Positions 11,732-22,105 of a DNA stretch of 41,662 bases are shown here, in pieces. The stretch is from contig CM015709.1 of assembly GCA_004764695.1 (NCBI GenBank), forward strand, positions 1 through 41,662. Direction: 5' to 3'. The translations under genes and the position numbers were made by a program. Positions within the stretch are counted from its first letter, which is position 1; every line of letters starts with the position of its first letter. The notes beneath the pieces were generated by a model that had not been told where the DNA came from, ran no database searches, and was given only the letters and a program-made list of their open reading frames with translations. Origin of the DNA: Schizochytrium sp. TIO01 (taxonomy: Eukaryota > Protista > Bigyra: Labyrinthulomycetes).

Positions 11732-13249
11732 TTAAAAAAGTGAAAGGGCCATACGATGTGCCACCAGCATACAAAAATCAGGTAGCATAAAAAGAATACT
11801 TGATATAAACAAACTAAAAGAAATTAGATAAGCTTCCAATCGACTGAATGTAAAAGTCAAGTTATAATTACTTTGAATGGTTACTGCATTTGAAGAATTA
11901 TCAAAAAAGATCCATTTAATTACACGCAAATAATAAAAACAACTCACGACAGCAAACAATACTATTACAACAGCCAACAAGAATTCATTTTGTTCTACTA
12001 CAGCTATAAAACTAAAAAATTTTGCTCCAAACCCAGACAAAGGAGGAATACCAGCTATCGAAAACAACAAAATACAAAGACTACCTCCAATAAACGGATT
12101 TTGTTTTGCCAAAATTTTAAAATCTACTAGAAATGAACTATTTTTTTCTTTGTGCATAAGGACTACAAAACTCCAAAAACACAATGAAAGAAAACTATAA
12201 ACTAGCAAATAAAAGAACAAACCTACAAGGCCATCAAAACTATGCGCTGACAAAGCGGCTATTATAAAACCTACGTGAGTAACAGAACTGAATGCCAAAA
12301 ATTTCTTTACTTTTTTCTGAGCTAGTGCAGAAAAACTACCAAAAAGCAGTGAAAGAAATGCTACGATAGCAAACAAAACTGTCCAAAATGCTGAGAATTC
12401 AAAGAAAACACCCACGCTAATTCGAACAAGAGACCCAAACAGAGCAATTTTAGGAACTACTGCAAAAAACAAACTTACTGGAGCTACAGAACCTTCATAA
12501 ACTTCGGGTGACCAGAAATGAAAAGGTGCAGCACTAAGTTTAAATAGGAAACTGCACACAATCAAAAAGAAACCAAAATAAGTTACGAAGTAGTTAAATG
12601 AAAAAGTAGCTTCTGAAAAATAAAACAAAAGTGTTTTCAAAATTTCAAAATTCAACGACCCACACATCCCATAAATAAGAGACATACCAAATAGAAGAAT
12701 CCCCGAAGAAAATGCACCCATAATAAAATATTTAACTCCGGCTTCTGTAGAAAAAGCGGATGACCTATTAAAACAGGCTAGTGTATAAAAGATAAGAGAT
12801 TGAAGTTCCAAAAATAGATAAATACCCAAAAAATCAGAGCAAGCAGGCAAACCTATTAGAGAAAAGATACCGAAAAGAATAAGAAAAAAATATTCAAAGG
12901 TAAAAGAAAATTTTGTTATAATATAAGAACGACTGCTCAAAAAACTAAGAAAACTCAAAAACAAAACGATTAGAGAAAGGCTATGTGAATAGAAATCAAA
13001 GTTCAAAAATCCCCAAAAACTAGAATAATTTTGAATAGGAGTGTTAAGTTCAATTATAAATGTAAATGCAATAATTAGAAGAGTTATATTAAAAGCGTAG
13101 TGCTTTATAACAAAATGTTTTTTTTGAGAGTTAATAATAACAGCTTTACTAAAGAAAAACGAAAAGAATGAAAGAAAAAAACATGCGGAAAGTGCCAAAA
13201 AAAGAAGTGGAAATCCCGAAAAAAAATCATGAGTTAGCAATGAAATCAT
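11732..13249 (-). CDS. nad2: NADH dehydrogenase subunit 2
   Basis: STEAGVKYF, FKLSAAPFHFWSPEVYEGS, AGIPPLSGF, YYLRVIK. Confidence 0.97.
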   Translation of the reverse strand: MISLLTHDFFSGFPLLFLALSACFFLSFFSFFFSKAVIINSQKKHFVIKHYAFNITLLIIAFTFIIELNTPIQNYSSFWGFLNFDFYSHSLSLIVLFLSFLSFLSSRSYIITKFSFTFEYFFLILFGIFSLIGLPACSDFLGIYLFLELQSLIFYTLACFNRSSAFSTEAGVKYFIMGAFSSGILLFGMSLIYGMCGSLNFEILKTLLFYFSEATFSFNYFVTYFGFFLIVCSFLFKLSAAPFHFWSPEVYEGSVAPVSLFFAVVPKIALFGSLVRISVGVFFEFSAFWTVLFAIVAFLSLLFGSFSALAQKKVKKFLAFSSVTHVGFIIAALSAHSFDGLVGLFFYLLVYSFLSLCFWSFVVLMHKEKNSSFLVDFKILAKQNPFIGGSLCILLFSIAGIPPLSGFGAKFFSFIAVVEQNEFLLAVVIVLFAVVSCFYYLRVIKWIFFDNSSNAVTIQSNYNLTFTFSRLEAYLISFSLFISSILFMLPDFCMLVAHRMALSLF

Positions 13250-13261
13250 AAGAATAGAAAA

Positions 13262-13636
13262 TTAGATAGTGGCGGCAAGCAATTTACCTCCTTTTAGATT
13301 TGAAAAACTTTTTGAATAATGAACCAATGAACCTTTTGAAGTAGAGATAAACAACGAACAAAGTCCACTATGCGCCCACAAATTTTTAGTAGATACGTAA
13401 ACATCTTTTTTATTGTGTGAAAAAAGAATAAATTTTTTACCTTTCAAAAGACTATTATTTTTGAAAAGAAAAACTTTAATATTACGACCAGAAAATTGAA
13501 AAGCTTTAATAAAACCTTCTTTATAAAGCAAAGAAATAAATTGAAGATTTTGTTTAGAATTAGGAACTTGCACAACACTTGCATTTTGTTGAATTCCTAT
13601 ATTCAAAGAAGAGATAAGCCTTTGAAAATTTATCAT
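13262..13636 (-). CDS. rps8: ribosomal protein S8
   Basis: LYKEGFI, ISTSKG, GGKLL motifs. Confidence 0.9.
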   Translation of the reverse strand: MINFQRLISSLNIGIQQNASVVQVPNSKQNLQFISLLYKEGFIKAFQFSGRNIKVFLFKNNSLLKGKKFILFSHNKKDVYVSTKNLWAHSGLCSLFISTSKGSLVHYSKSFSNLKGGKLLAATI

Positions 13637-13648
13637 AAAATATATTTA

Positions 13649-13694
13649 AACGAGGAAAAGGACTTGAACCTTTTTAATTAACCGAAACCCCCGT
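13649..13694 (-). ncRNA. tRNA-like minihelix (t-element) between rps4 and rps8
   Basis: ACGGGGG-14 nt-AAAGG TTCAAGT CCTTT-TCCTCGT-T: 7-bp acceptor stem plus canonical T-arm, no D-stem or anticodon arm. Confidence 0.6.
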
Positions 13695-13704
13695 AAACAC
13701 GTAG

Positions 13705-14202
13705 TTAGTAACAAACTACAAAACTGCGTGTACTAAAACTGATTTCCAAATTTTGGGGAATAATAGCTTGCAAAGCTACATTTTGATTTACGGTAGTAAA
13801 AAATGAACCATTAATAGTGATATTTCCCTGAATATGAACAAGATCTCCCGCTGACAAAATGAAATTTGGATTTTTTTGAACAATTCCATTTACGACTACT
13901 TTACTAGAACAAACAGCATGACGAGCTGCCAATAGTGAAGGATAGAAACGAGAACTCCAAATAAGAAAATCAAGCTTAAGTGGACTTGGAGAAGATGAAC
14001 CATAAGTGTACTTAACTTGTTTGCGCTGATTAAAAACATCTTTTTTAATTGCGTGCAAACGTACAAATGAAGAAACCCTATTTTTTTGAGCTTGTTTCAA
14101 AATGGAAACCCAAGTATTTTGCGGCTTACAACAATGAGCAACAAATTTTTGAGAATAGATAGGATTTATTTTTAGTTTTTTTAGTTGTTTAAACTTAAGC
14201 AT
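13705..14202 (-). CDS. rps4: ribosomal protein S4 (divergent, 165 aa)
   Basis: S4 RNA-binding domain KLDFLIWSSRFYPSLLAARHAVCSSKVVVNG..NPNFILSAGD; PQNLEISF. Confidence 0.88.
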   Translation of the reverse strand: MLKFKQLKKLKINPIYSQKFVAHCCKPQNTWVSILKQAQKNRVSSFVRLHAIKKDVFNQRKQVKYTYGSSSPSPLKLDFLIWSSRFYPSLLAARHAVCSSKVVVNGIVQKNPNFILSAGDLVHIQGNITINGSFFTTVNQNVALQAIIPQNLEISFSTRSFVVCY

Positions 14203-14203
14203 T

Positions 14204-14674
14204 TTATTTTTTAAAAGATGTAAAAAAAAGAAATATAGAAAACCAAAGAGCTTTAATTTGACGAGGATCACAAAAAATAACGTAAGGCAAATAAAAAGAA
14301 TATTTCTTTAGAGAACTTTCGTTAGAAAAACAGATTACAGGAATCCCCTTTTTATTTGCTTCCAAAATAGCGACAAGATTTTTTTTAAAGCCCATAACGA
14401 TCAAAATATCAGGATAAAAAGATCGAGAATTTTTTTGAGAATTGGATAGAGTACCAGGAACCCATTTACTCAAAAAAGTAACGGATTCATTTTTAAACAT
14501 ATAAAAGAAGCGTGCTATTGATTTTGAATTCCCTACAATACAAAAAGAAACTTGACTTTTACGCAGATTGGTAATAAAGTAGAAAACTTTCATAAACGCT
14601 TGAGTTTGCTTAGAATAAAGCAAACCATACTTTGACAAAATAGAAGAAAAAAAGATTATTTTAACAGATTTCAT
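14204..14674 (-). CDS. rps2: ribosomal protein S2 (156 aa)
   Basis: KWVPGTLSN, PDILIV, AILEANKKGIPVIC; separated from rpl6 by an in-frame TTA. Confidence 0.88.
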   Translation of the reverse strand: MKSVKIIFFSSILSKYGLLYSKQTQAFMKVFYFITNLRKSQVSFCIVGNSKSIARFFYMFKNESVTFLSKWVPGTLSNSQKNSRSFYPDILIVMGFKKNLVAILEANKKGIPVICFSNESSLKKYSFYLPYVIFCDPRQIKALWFSIFLFFTSFKK

Positions 14675-14683
14675 AATAATAAA

Positions 14684-15214
14684 TAATTTAGAACGTTTAC
14701 CTTCTTTTAGAGGCAACACAGAAACTTTGCTTATTATAAAACAACCCTTACCTTTATAAGGATCAGTTTGTTTTTGTTGGCAAATAAAAGAAACGAATTC
14801 TTTTAGAAGACTATAATTTATAGAATAGAAAAAAGCTTTAGTTTGGTCTTTACTAATTTCCACAACAATACCTTTAGGAATAGTAAACAAAACAGGGTGA
14901 CTAAGCCCAATGTTAATTTGGAAAGTATTTTGAGAAATTAGAGAACATTTGTAACCTACCCCTACTATAGAAAATTTTTCAGAAAAAACTTTATTAGATA
15001 TGAAAGAGATAATTTTAGATTGTAGGGACTTAAATTTAGTCAAAAATGAACGTTTCGAACACACAAATTGGATAGACGATGTTTCGTTAAATACCTGAAA
15101 AAAGAACTCTTTTTTAAACGCAAAGCTTTTATTATTAAATGAATCTGTAATAATATAAAAAGATTGATTTTCAGAGAAAGAGAATCCATCTTTTATAACC
15201 ACTGTAAAATACAT
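14684..15214 (-). CDS. rpl6: ribosomal protein L6 (176 aa, TTA stop)
   Basis: VGVGYK, IGLSHPV, DPYKGKG, LKEGKRSK C-terminus. Confidence 0.9.
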
Positions 15215-15228
15215 GATAAAAAGTTAAT

Positions 15229-15302
15229 GGCGGGAAGAAGGATTTGAACCTACGACATCTTGCACCACAAGCAAGCGTACTAACCACTGTACTATACCCA
15301 CC
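15229..15302 (-). tRNA. trnH: tRNA-His(GUG)
   Basis: Anticodon loop TTGTGGT; encoded G-1 opposite C73. Confidence 0.93.
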
Positions 15303-15318
15303 TACATACAAAATGCTG

Positions 15319-15390
15319 CTGGGATAACAGGATTCGAACCTATATCTTTTAGTACCAAAAACTAAAGCTTTACCTTTAAGCTATATCCCA
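15319..15390 (-). tRNA. trnQ: tRNA-Gln(UUG)
   Basis: Starts TGGGATA; anticodon loop TTTTGGT. Confidence 0.93.
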
Positions 15391-15406
15391 ACAATATAAA
15401 ACAAAA

Positions 15407-15493
15407 CGGAGAAGACTGGATTCGAACCAGCGACAAGTTTTAACCTGTAAACGTTTAGCAAACGTTCGCAATCGACCTCTCTGCCACTTCTCC
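15407..15493 (-). tRNA. trnS: tRNA-Ser(GCU)
   Basis: Anticodon loop TTGCTAA; long variable arm. Confidence 0.93.
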
Positions 15494-15495
15494 AA

Positions 15496-15575
15496 ACTTT
15501 TTTTGATTCCCTGAGTAGTATTTAAAAAAGTAAAAGTATAAAGTTTCCGAATGTTTCTTTATACAAAGATATTAT
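15496..15575 (-). rRNA. rrn5: candidate divergent mitochondrial 5S rRNA
   Basis: Directly 3' of rns; GTATAAAG/CTTTATAC stem with a 13-nt loop AAACATTCGGAAA (loop C-like); second arm with AATACT...GGGAA (loop E-like). Confidence 0.5.
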
Positions 15576-15588
15576 AATTAAAATTTAT

Positions 15589-16912
15589 TTATAAATTCAG
15601 CCGCAAGTTCACTTACGGCTACCTTGTTACGACTTTATTACAGTCAGCTGCGTTATACTATAGGCTAAAACCATTTCATACAACGAAACCTCCCATAACA
15701 TGACGGGCGGTATGTACAAAGCTAGGTAAAAAATTTCACCGTGGCGTGCTGATCCACGATTACTGGCAACTCCAACTTCATAAAAGTGAGTTTCAACTTT
15801 TAATCCGAACTACGGTAATGGTTAAAAGGATTGCTTTAAATTTCTTTATTGCTTCTTTTTGAATTTACCATTGTAGCACGTTTACAGCCCAAAGCATAAG
15901 GGTCATGAAGATTTGTCTTAGTCTTAAATTTCAAACTGATTATCTCAGCTGATTTAAAGATGAAAAAACATCTTTAAAAAAAGGTTTCGCTCGTTTAAGG
16001 ACTAAACCATACATTTCAAAACACGAGCTGAAGACAACCATGCAACACCTGTTAAAAAGATTCCTGTCAAGCTTTGGTAAGATTACTCGCGTATTGTCGA
16101 ATTAAGTAACATGCTCCGCTGCCTATACTAGCTCCCGTCAATTCTTTTGGATTTCACCGTTGCCGGGGTACTCTCCAGGCAGTTTATTTAGCGTTAGCTT
16201 ATTTAGTGAAAATCTCCGAAGAGTAATTTCACTAAACAATAAACATCGTTTACGGCGCAGACTACAAGGGTCTCTAATCCTTTTTGCTACCTGCGCTTTC
16301 GTTTCTCAGTGTCAGGTTTTCGTAGAAAATTGTCTTCACAAAAAAGTCCTTTTGATATCAACCGATTTTACCCGTACTTCAAAAATTCTATTTTCTTCTC
16401 AGAACCTCTAGATATAACGTATTATTTCAAAATTAAAGTTTAATTAAAATTTAGAAAATAACAAAAATAACCACCTACAAACGTTTTACGCCTAATGTAT
16501 AGATAACGTAAGCCCTTCACGTATTACCGCGACTGCTGGCACGCATATTGGTCAGGACTAAGAAATAAGTTTATATCATTATTTAAACTTATTACTAAAC
16601 TTTACAACAAAATTGCCTTCTTCATTTTGTGAAATTGCTAGGTCAAGCTTTCGCTCATTGCCTAAGATTCTTCACTGCTGCCTCTACGTAGAGTATGGCC
16701 CTTTTTTCAGTGCCATTGTGGCGGATCTTTCTTTCGAAACCGCTTAAAGTCATAGGCTAGGTCAGTCTATTAAACGACCTACTACCTTGCTTTCCGAAAA
16801 GCTTCTCTTTTTCAAGATAAATACTTAACAAACTCACCCGTACGCTTTTCAACTCGCATGTGTAAAACATTTCACTAACGTTCATCCTAAGCCAAGATCA
16901 AACTTACATAAA
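15589..16912 (-). rRNA. rns: small subunit mitochondrial rRNA (ends approximate)
   Basis: AGTTTGATCTTGGCT 5' motif, GTGCCAGCAGTCGCGGTAATAC, AAGTCGTAACAAGGTAGCCGTA 3' motif. Confidence 0.97.
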
Positions 16913-16974
16913 AATATTAAATAGTATTTAATAAATACTAAAAAAATGTAAACTATATAATAAAATAAAAAATA

Positions 16975-19433
16975 AAATTAGTATCACTAAGCTAAAAACA
17001 CACGTGACCTATCAAAGAGATGTTCTTTCACTTTGTTTAGAAAGATAACAAAAAGATTTCTTGCTTTAGATGCTTTCAGCAATTATTCTGAACTATCGTT
17101 ACTACCCTGCGATGCCATTAGACAACAGGTTCATAAGAGGATAGTGCTTAACGGTCCTCTCGTACTAGTTAAACATTTTGTTTACTTTCAATAAATTCTA
17201 AAAGATAGGGACCAAACTGCTTCACAGCGTTCTAAACCCAACTCACGTAACGCTTTAATCGGCGAACAGCCAAACCCTTGAAACCGGCTTCAGCTTCAGG
17301 TTGCGTTGAGTCGACATCGAGGTGCCAAACGTTCTTTTAGATATGAGCTCTTGAAGAACATTAGCCTGTTATCCCCGGAGTACTTTTTATTCGTTAAGCG
17401 ATGTCTTGTCCATTAAAAAACACCGGATCACTACGGCCGGCTTTTAAACCCCTGTGCGAGATGTACCTCTTACAGTCAAGCAAGTTTTTATTGCCGTTAC
17501 ACTGCTTACTTTTTTAAAGTATAACTTGCCTTTGCACTCCTTTGTTACTTTTTAAAAGGAATCCGCCCCAGATAAACTGCCTTCCTTATACGGTCTTTTA
17601 TTAAAAAAATGAGTCTAGGTAGACTAAAGAGTGGACTTTCACTTATGTAATTAAACTACCACTTCCAGTGTACAATAGAAAACCTTGAACAATATAAAGA
17701 TACAGTAAAAGTTCACGGGGTCTTTCCGTCTTTTTAGAATACGCTCGCTTCTTCACGAGCAAATAAATTTCACAGAGATTATTTAAGAGACAGTGAAACA
17801 GTCATTACTCCATTCATGCGGGATCATAATTAGTGACCAATGAATTTCGCTACCTTAGGACAGTCAGAGTTACTGCCGCCGTTTACTGGTTCTTAGTTTT
17901 ATAGCAAATACTATAAAAGTTAAAATAACAGCACCGGGCAGGAGTCAGTCCTTATACTACCACTTACGTGTTTGCAAAGACCTGTGTTTTTAGTAAACAG
18001 TTGCTATTTCCGTTTTTTTGCAACTTTCTCTTTAATCAAGAAAGCGCCTCTTCTCCCGAAGTTACGAGGCCAATTTGCCGAGTTCCTTTTAAATAAATAT
18101 CTCTACGTCTTAGCATAACTATGCTACCTCACCTGTGTCGGTTTAAGTACGGTAAACCTTATATAATTTTCTAGATTACTTTTTTTCATTAGATATATAA
18201 AACCCATCATAATAACTTTTCAGCTAATTAATTAGGGACCGAATAACCCTAAACTGAACAACATTTGTTTAGGAAACCTGGAGGATTCAGACGACACTCA
18301 TTCACAGAGTGTTTTCCGTTACTCATACTGAAATAATCAAATTGATAAACACACACATTTTACAACGTATGCTAACTTATACAAAAAGCTTTGCTACCCA
18401 GAGCTTTTAAGCTCTGTTTCCGCTTCGGCTGTTTTTTTAGTCTCCTACATTTTCAGAACCTATACCCTTAGTTAATGAGCTACTACGCTTTCTTTCAATG
18501 ATGGCTGCTTCCAAGCCTACATATTAACTGTCATTGGATATAAACTCTTTTTGCACTTAAAAAACATTAAAGGCCTTAGCGATAAATCTGGGCTGTTTCC
18601 CTCTCAACAAAAGACCTTATCGCCTATTGTTTGTTTATTAAATATTCTTAAAAAAGGTATTCGTAGTTTGCAAAGAGTTAGTAAGTGACACCCCCTTCCC
18701 TAAACAGAGCTCTACCCCCTTTTTTAGTATTTAACACTCTACCTAAATAGATTTCGCAAAGAACCAGCTATTTCCAAGTTTGATTAGCCTTTCACTCCTA
18801 TTCACAAATCATCCCAATCTTTTGCAACAGATACGGGTTCAGCCGAATGCAAATATACATCCGCTAGTTCATAAATAGATCACTTGGTTTCGGGTATAAT
18901 AAAAGTAACATAATATTGAATTTTTGCTTTCACGTACGCCTACATGTCTCCACTTAAGCTGGGCTACTTTTATTAACTCTTCAGTTCGTAATACAAAAAG
19001 CACGCTATAATAGCTTTAAACTACTCTAGCATAAAAAGCAGTTTGATTTCACTCTTTCCTTTACAGTACTTGTGCGCTATCGGTTAATGTTAAGTTAAGC
19101 TTTAGAAGATGGTTCTCCTATTTTCAGTAAAGATAACATGTCTCAACTTACTAATGTATAAGAAATTTTTACAAAATACAGGACTTAAATACCTTCTATG
19201 GTTTTAAAATTTTTTGCAAAAAATCCTTAAGCTTAAATTGATTTCGCTCGCCACTACTTTCAACTCCTTGTTTAATTTTTTAACTTGCTACTAAGATGTT
19301 TCAATTCGCAAGGTTATAAATAAAATAAATTAATGGTTTTCCTAGAGGAATCTAACCGAAATAGGTTAGCTTATCGCATATAAAAACGCCTCTATATTAA
19401 CATTACCTAGAGATCCTTCAAATGCCATAAATA
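16975..19433 (-). rRNA. rnl: large subunit mitochondrial rRNA (ends approximate)
   Basis: GGATAACAGGCTAA, CACCTCGATGTCGACTC, sarcin-ricin loop AGTACGAGAGGACC, GAGTGGCGGCGAGCGAAA-like 5' domain. Confidence 0.97.
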
Positions 19434-19435
19434 AA

Positions 19436-19507
19436 AACGGATGAAGGGACTTGAACCCTCATAATTAGCTTGGAAGGCTAAAGTGTTAACCTTTACACCA
19501 CATCCGC
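19436..19507 (-). tRNA. trnG: tRNA-Gly(UCC)
   Basis: Starts GCGGATG; anticodon loop CTTCCAA. Confidence 0.93.
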
Positions 19508-19521
19508 AAAGCTGACCTAAA

Positions 19522-20715
19522 TAAACGATCAACTTCTCCAAAAACAATATCTTGAGTACCAATAATGGTAACTACATCAGCAATTAGATGTCCTTTTGCT
19601 ATTATGTCTAGCCCTTGCAAATGAGCAAATCCGGGCGCTTTTATTTTACAACGATAAGGTTTTGAAGATCCGTCAGAAACAAGAAATACACCGAATTCTC
19701 CTTTAGGGGCTTCAGTCGCTATATAAATTTCACCTGCGGGAACTGAAAAACCTTCAGAGAAGTATTTAAAGTGTTGAATAGTAGCTTCCATAGAATGTTT
19801 CAATTCTTTACGAGAAGGGGCAGACACTTTGTGGTCTACTTTAACAGAACCTTGTGGAAGATTATTCAAACACTGAACGATGATTGACAAAGATTCTCGC
19901 ATCTCAGCTACTCGAACAAGGTAACGGTCATAGCAATCTCCGTTTGTACCTACAGGAACCGAAAAATCGAGTTCATCATAGATTTCATAAGGAGTGTTTT
20001 TACGCAAATCCCAACAAACTCCGCTACCTCGAAGCATAACACCACTAAACCCCCAAGAAGCAGCATCTTTTATGGTAACAACTCCCACATCAACTAGACG
20101 TTGTTTCCAAATACGGTTTTCGGTTAGCAACTCTTCAAATTCATCTAGACGAACCCGAAAAGCTTCACAAAAACTATAAATATCTGCTGACAAGCCTATA
20201 GGAATGTCGTAAGCAACCCCTCCGGGACGTACATAAGCAGCGTGCATTCGAGCACCAGAAACACGCTCATAAAACTCTATAAGTTTTTCCCGTTCTTCGA
20301 ATCCCCAAAAAAAAGCGGTCATAGCCCCAACGTCAAGCGCGTGGCAACTAATAAATAGCAAATGATTCAATAGACGAGTGATTTCCAAAAAGATAACCCT
20401 AATATACATAGAACGTTTAGGTACTTGAATATTCATCAATGATTCAACTGCTATAGAATAAGTGTGTTCTTGGGCCATCATAGAAACATAGTCCAGCCTA
20501 TCGAAATAAGGCAATGCTTGCATATAATTCTTATGTTCAACCAATTTTTCAGTACCTCGATGCAAAAGACCAATGTGAGGATCTGCACGAAGAACATTTT
20601 CTCCTTGCAAGTCCAAAACAAGACGCAAAACCCCGTGAGCAGCGGGATGTTGAGGACCAAAGTTTAGAGTAAAATTCTTTAGCTCTTTATTTATTTTTCG
20701 TTTTGTAAGTGCCAT
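19522..20715 (-). CDS. nad7: NADH dehydrogenase subunit 7 (397 aa, TTA stop)
   Basis: [25 protein letters not shown]; conserved C-terminus DIVFGEVDR followed directly by TTA. Confidence 0.99.
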
Positions 20716-20728
20716 AATAAATTCAGTA

Positions 20729-20779
20729 AAGTGGCAAAGGGAATTGAACCCCTATTTATATAATACTACGAGTACCACT
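20729..20779 (-). ncRNA. tRNA-like minihelix (t-element) between rpl16 and nad7
   Basis: AGTGGTA-19 nt-AGGGG TTCAATT CCCTT-TGCCACT-T: complete 7-bp acceptor stem plus T-arm, no anticodon arm. Confidence 0.65.
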
Positions 20780-20804
20780 AAGAGGGTAAAAATAACACTT
20801 AATA

Positions 20805-21242
20805 TAAGAATGAGGCTGGAAAATTACGTTTTACAACTTTTACTGAACAGGGAAATTTTTTAGATATAGAATTAAAAGCATCTACTACGATAGTTTCAGA
20901 AACCCCAGAAATAGAAAAGATAACAGAACCAGGAGACACTTTAGCTTTCCAAATGGAGATAGCACCCTTACCTTTACCCATTCGAGCACCAATACTTTTA
21001 GACGTAAAAGGTTTATCAGGAAATACGTGCAAACGAAGAATTCCTTTACGAACTAGCTTTTTCTTGATTAGCTTAATAGCTACGCTAAGATGATTATTCG
21101 TAACGTAACAAGATTCAGTTGAAATCAAAGTAAAAGAAGGCAAATTTGTAGCAAGTAGATCTTGAATACCCGGTGAAGAACACTTAAGACGACCTCGCTG
21201 ATACTTTGCAAATTTTATACGTTTAGGACGAAGTGAACACAT
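20805..21242 (-). CDS. rpl16: ribosomal protein L16 (145 aa, TTA stop)
   Basis: PKRIKFAKYQRG, FPDKPFTSK..ARMGKGKG. Confidence 0.95.
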
Positions 21243-21247
21243 TTTAA

Positions 21248-21919
21248 TTAATTAGAATAAGAACACCAAACTTTAACACCAAGCACTCCATAAGGAGTTT
21301 TAGCAAAAGAATGATTTATATCAGTTACTTTTATAAAAGTTTTACGGGACACAGTACCCAAAGACAAAACTATTTTTTTAGACCTATCAGATCCATTTAC
21401 GCGACCTTGCACATTAATTTTTAGACCTACGATTCGAGAATTAGTAGATGAATTAAAAACGCGGGTAATTGTACTAAAACAAACGTCAAGCACTCGACTA
21501 TGACGAGCAGTTTTTTCTAGAAGGGTGACAATAACTTTGGCCACTAGATGACTTACATTAAAACCTTTAGAAGCCAAACTAAAGATAGTTTCAAAAAGTG
21601 ACGATTCAGATGAAACTGCAGACGATTTAATAAAAATGCGAGTTGGAATACCCGCCAAAATAAGCAAAGAAATATGCTTTTCCAAAAGAGATACTGCTTT
21701 CAAAAAAAGAGCTGAAGTATAGCTAGACTTAAATTGAAACAAATCTAGGGTAATGTAACAATAAGAACTATTAAAGTTCAAAGTAGATTTTACAGGCAAA
21801 TAACCCAAAGAAAATAGAGTAGTATCAATAACCTTTGATACCAACAAACCTTTACTAAACCAAAAACTATACGAAAATTTTGTGAATAGAGTATCTGAAA
21901 ATTTAATAGAAGAATACAT
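21248..21919 (-). CDS. rps3: ribosomal protein S3
   Basis: GLKINVQGRVNGSDRS, AKTPYGVLGVKVW; rps19-rps3-rpl16 order. Confidence 0.92.
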   Translation of the reverse strand: MYSSIKFSDTLFTKFSYSFWFSKGLLVSKVIDTTLFSLGYLPVKSTLNFNSSYCYITLDLFQFKSSYTSALFLKAVSLLEKHISLLILAGIPTRIFIKSSAVSSESSLFETIFSLASKGFNVSHLVAKVIVTLLEKTARHSRVLDVCFSTITRVFNSSTNSRIVGLKINVQGRVNGSDRSKKIVLSLGTVSRKTFIKVTDINHSFAKTPYGVLGVKVWCSYSN

Positions 21920-21927
21920 TTAGGATA

Positions 21928-22092
21928 TAATTTTTTATTTTTTCGAGGCTTACGAGTGGGTGCGAAACAACCCGCCTTTATACCTACTATAGATTTAATA
22001 ACCAAAACTTCAACGAATTCTTTTCCATTGTGAATCTTAACTACTTTATTAATTTGATTTTCAGAAATATAAGAAGACCTTTCTAGAAACAT
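21928..22092 (-). CDS. rps19: ribosomal protein S19 (short, 54 aa, TTA stop)
   Basis: RSS, IHNGKEF, (M)VG(M)KAGCFAPTRK motifs; lies between rpl2 and rps3. Confidence 0.85.
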
Positions 22093-22105
22093 TTGAAAAT
22101 TTGAT

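Noticed and set aside
14204-15214. Apparent rpl6-rps2 fusion protein (336 aa)
   Set aside because: An in-frame TTA at 14686-14684 is a stop in this code, and rps2 has its own ATG at 14674
19486-19521. C-terminal extensions of nad7 (and of rps12, cox2, nad1, nad9, atp8, rps19) running into neighbouring genes
   Set aside because: Artefacts of reading TTA as Leu
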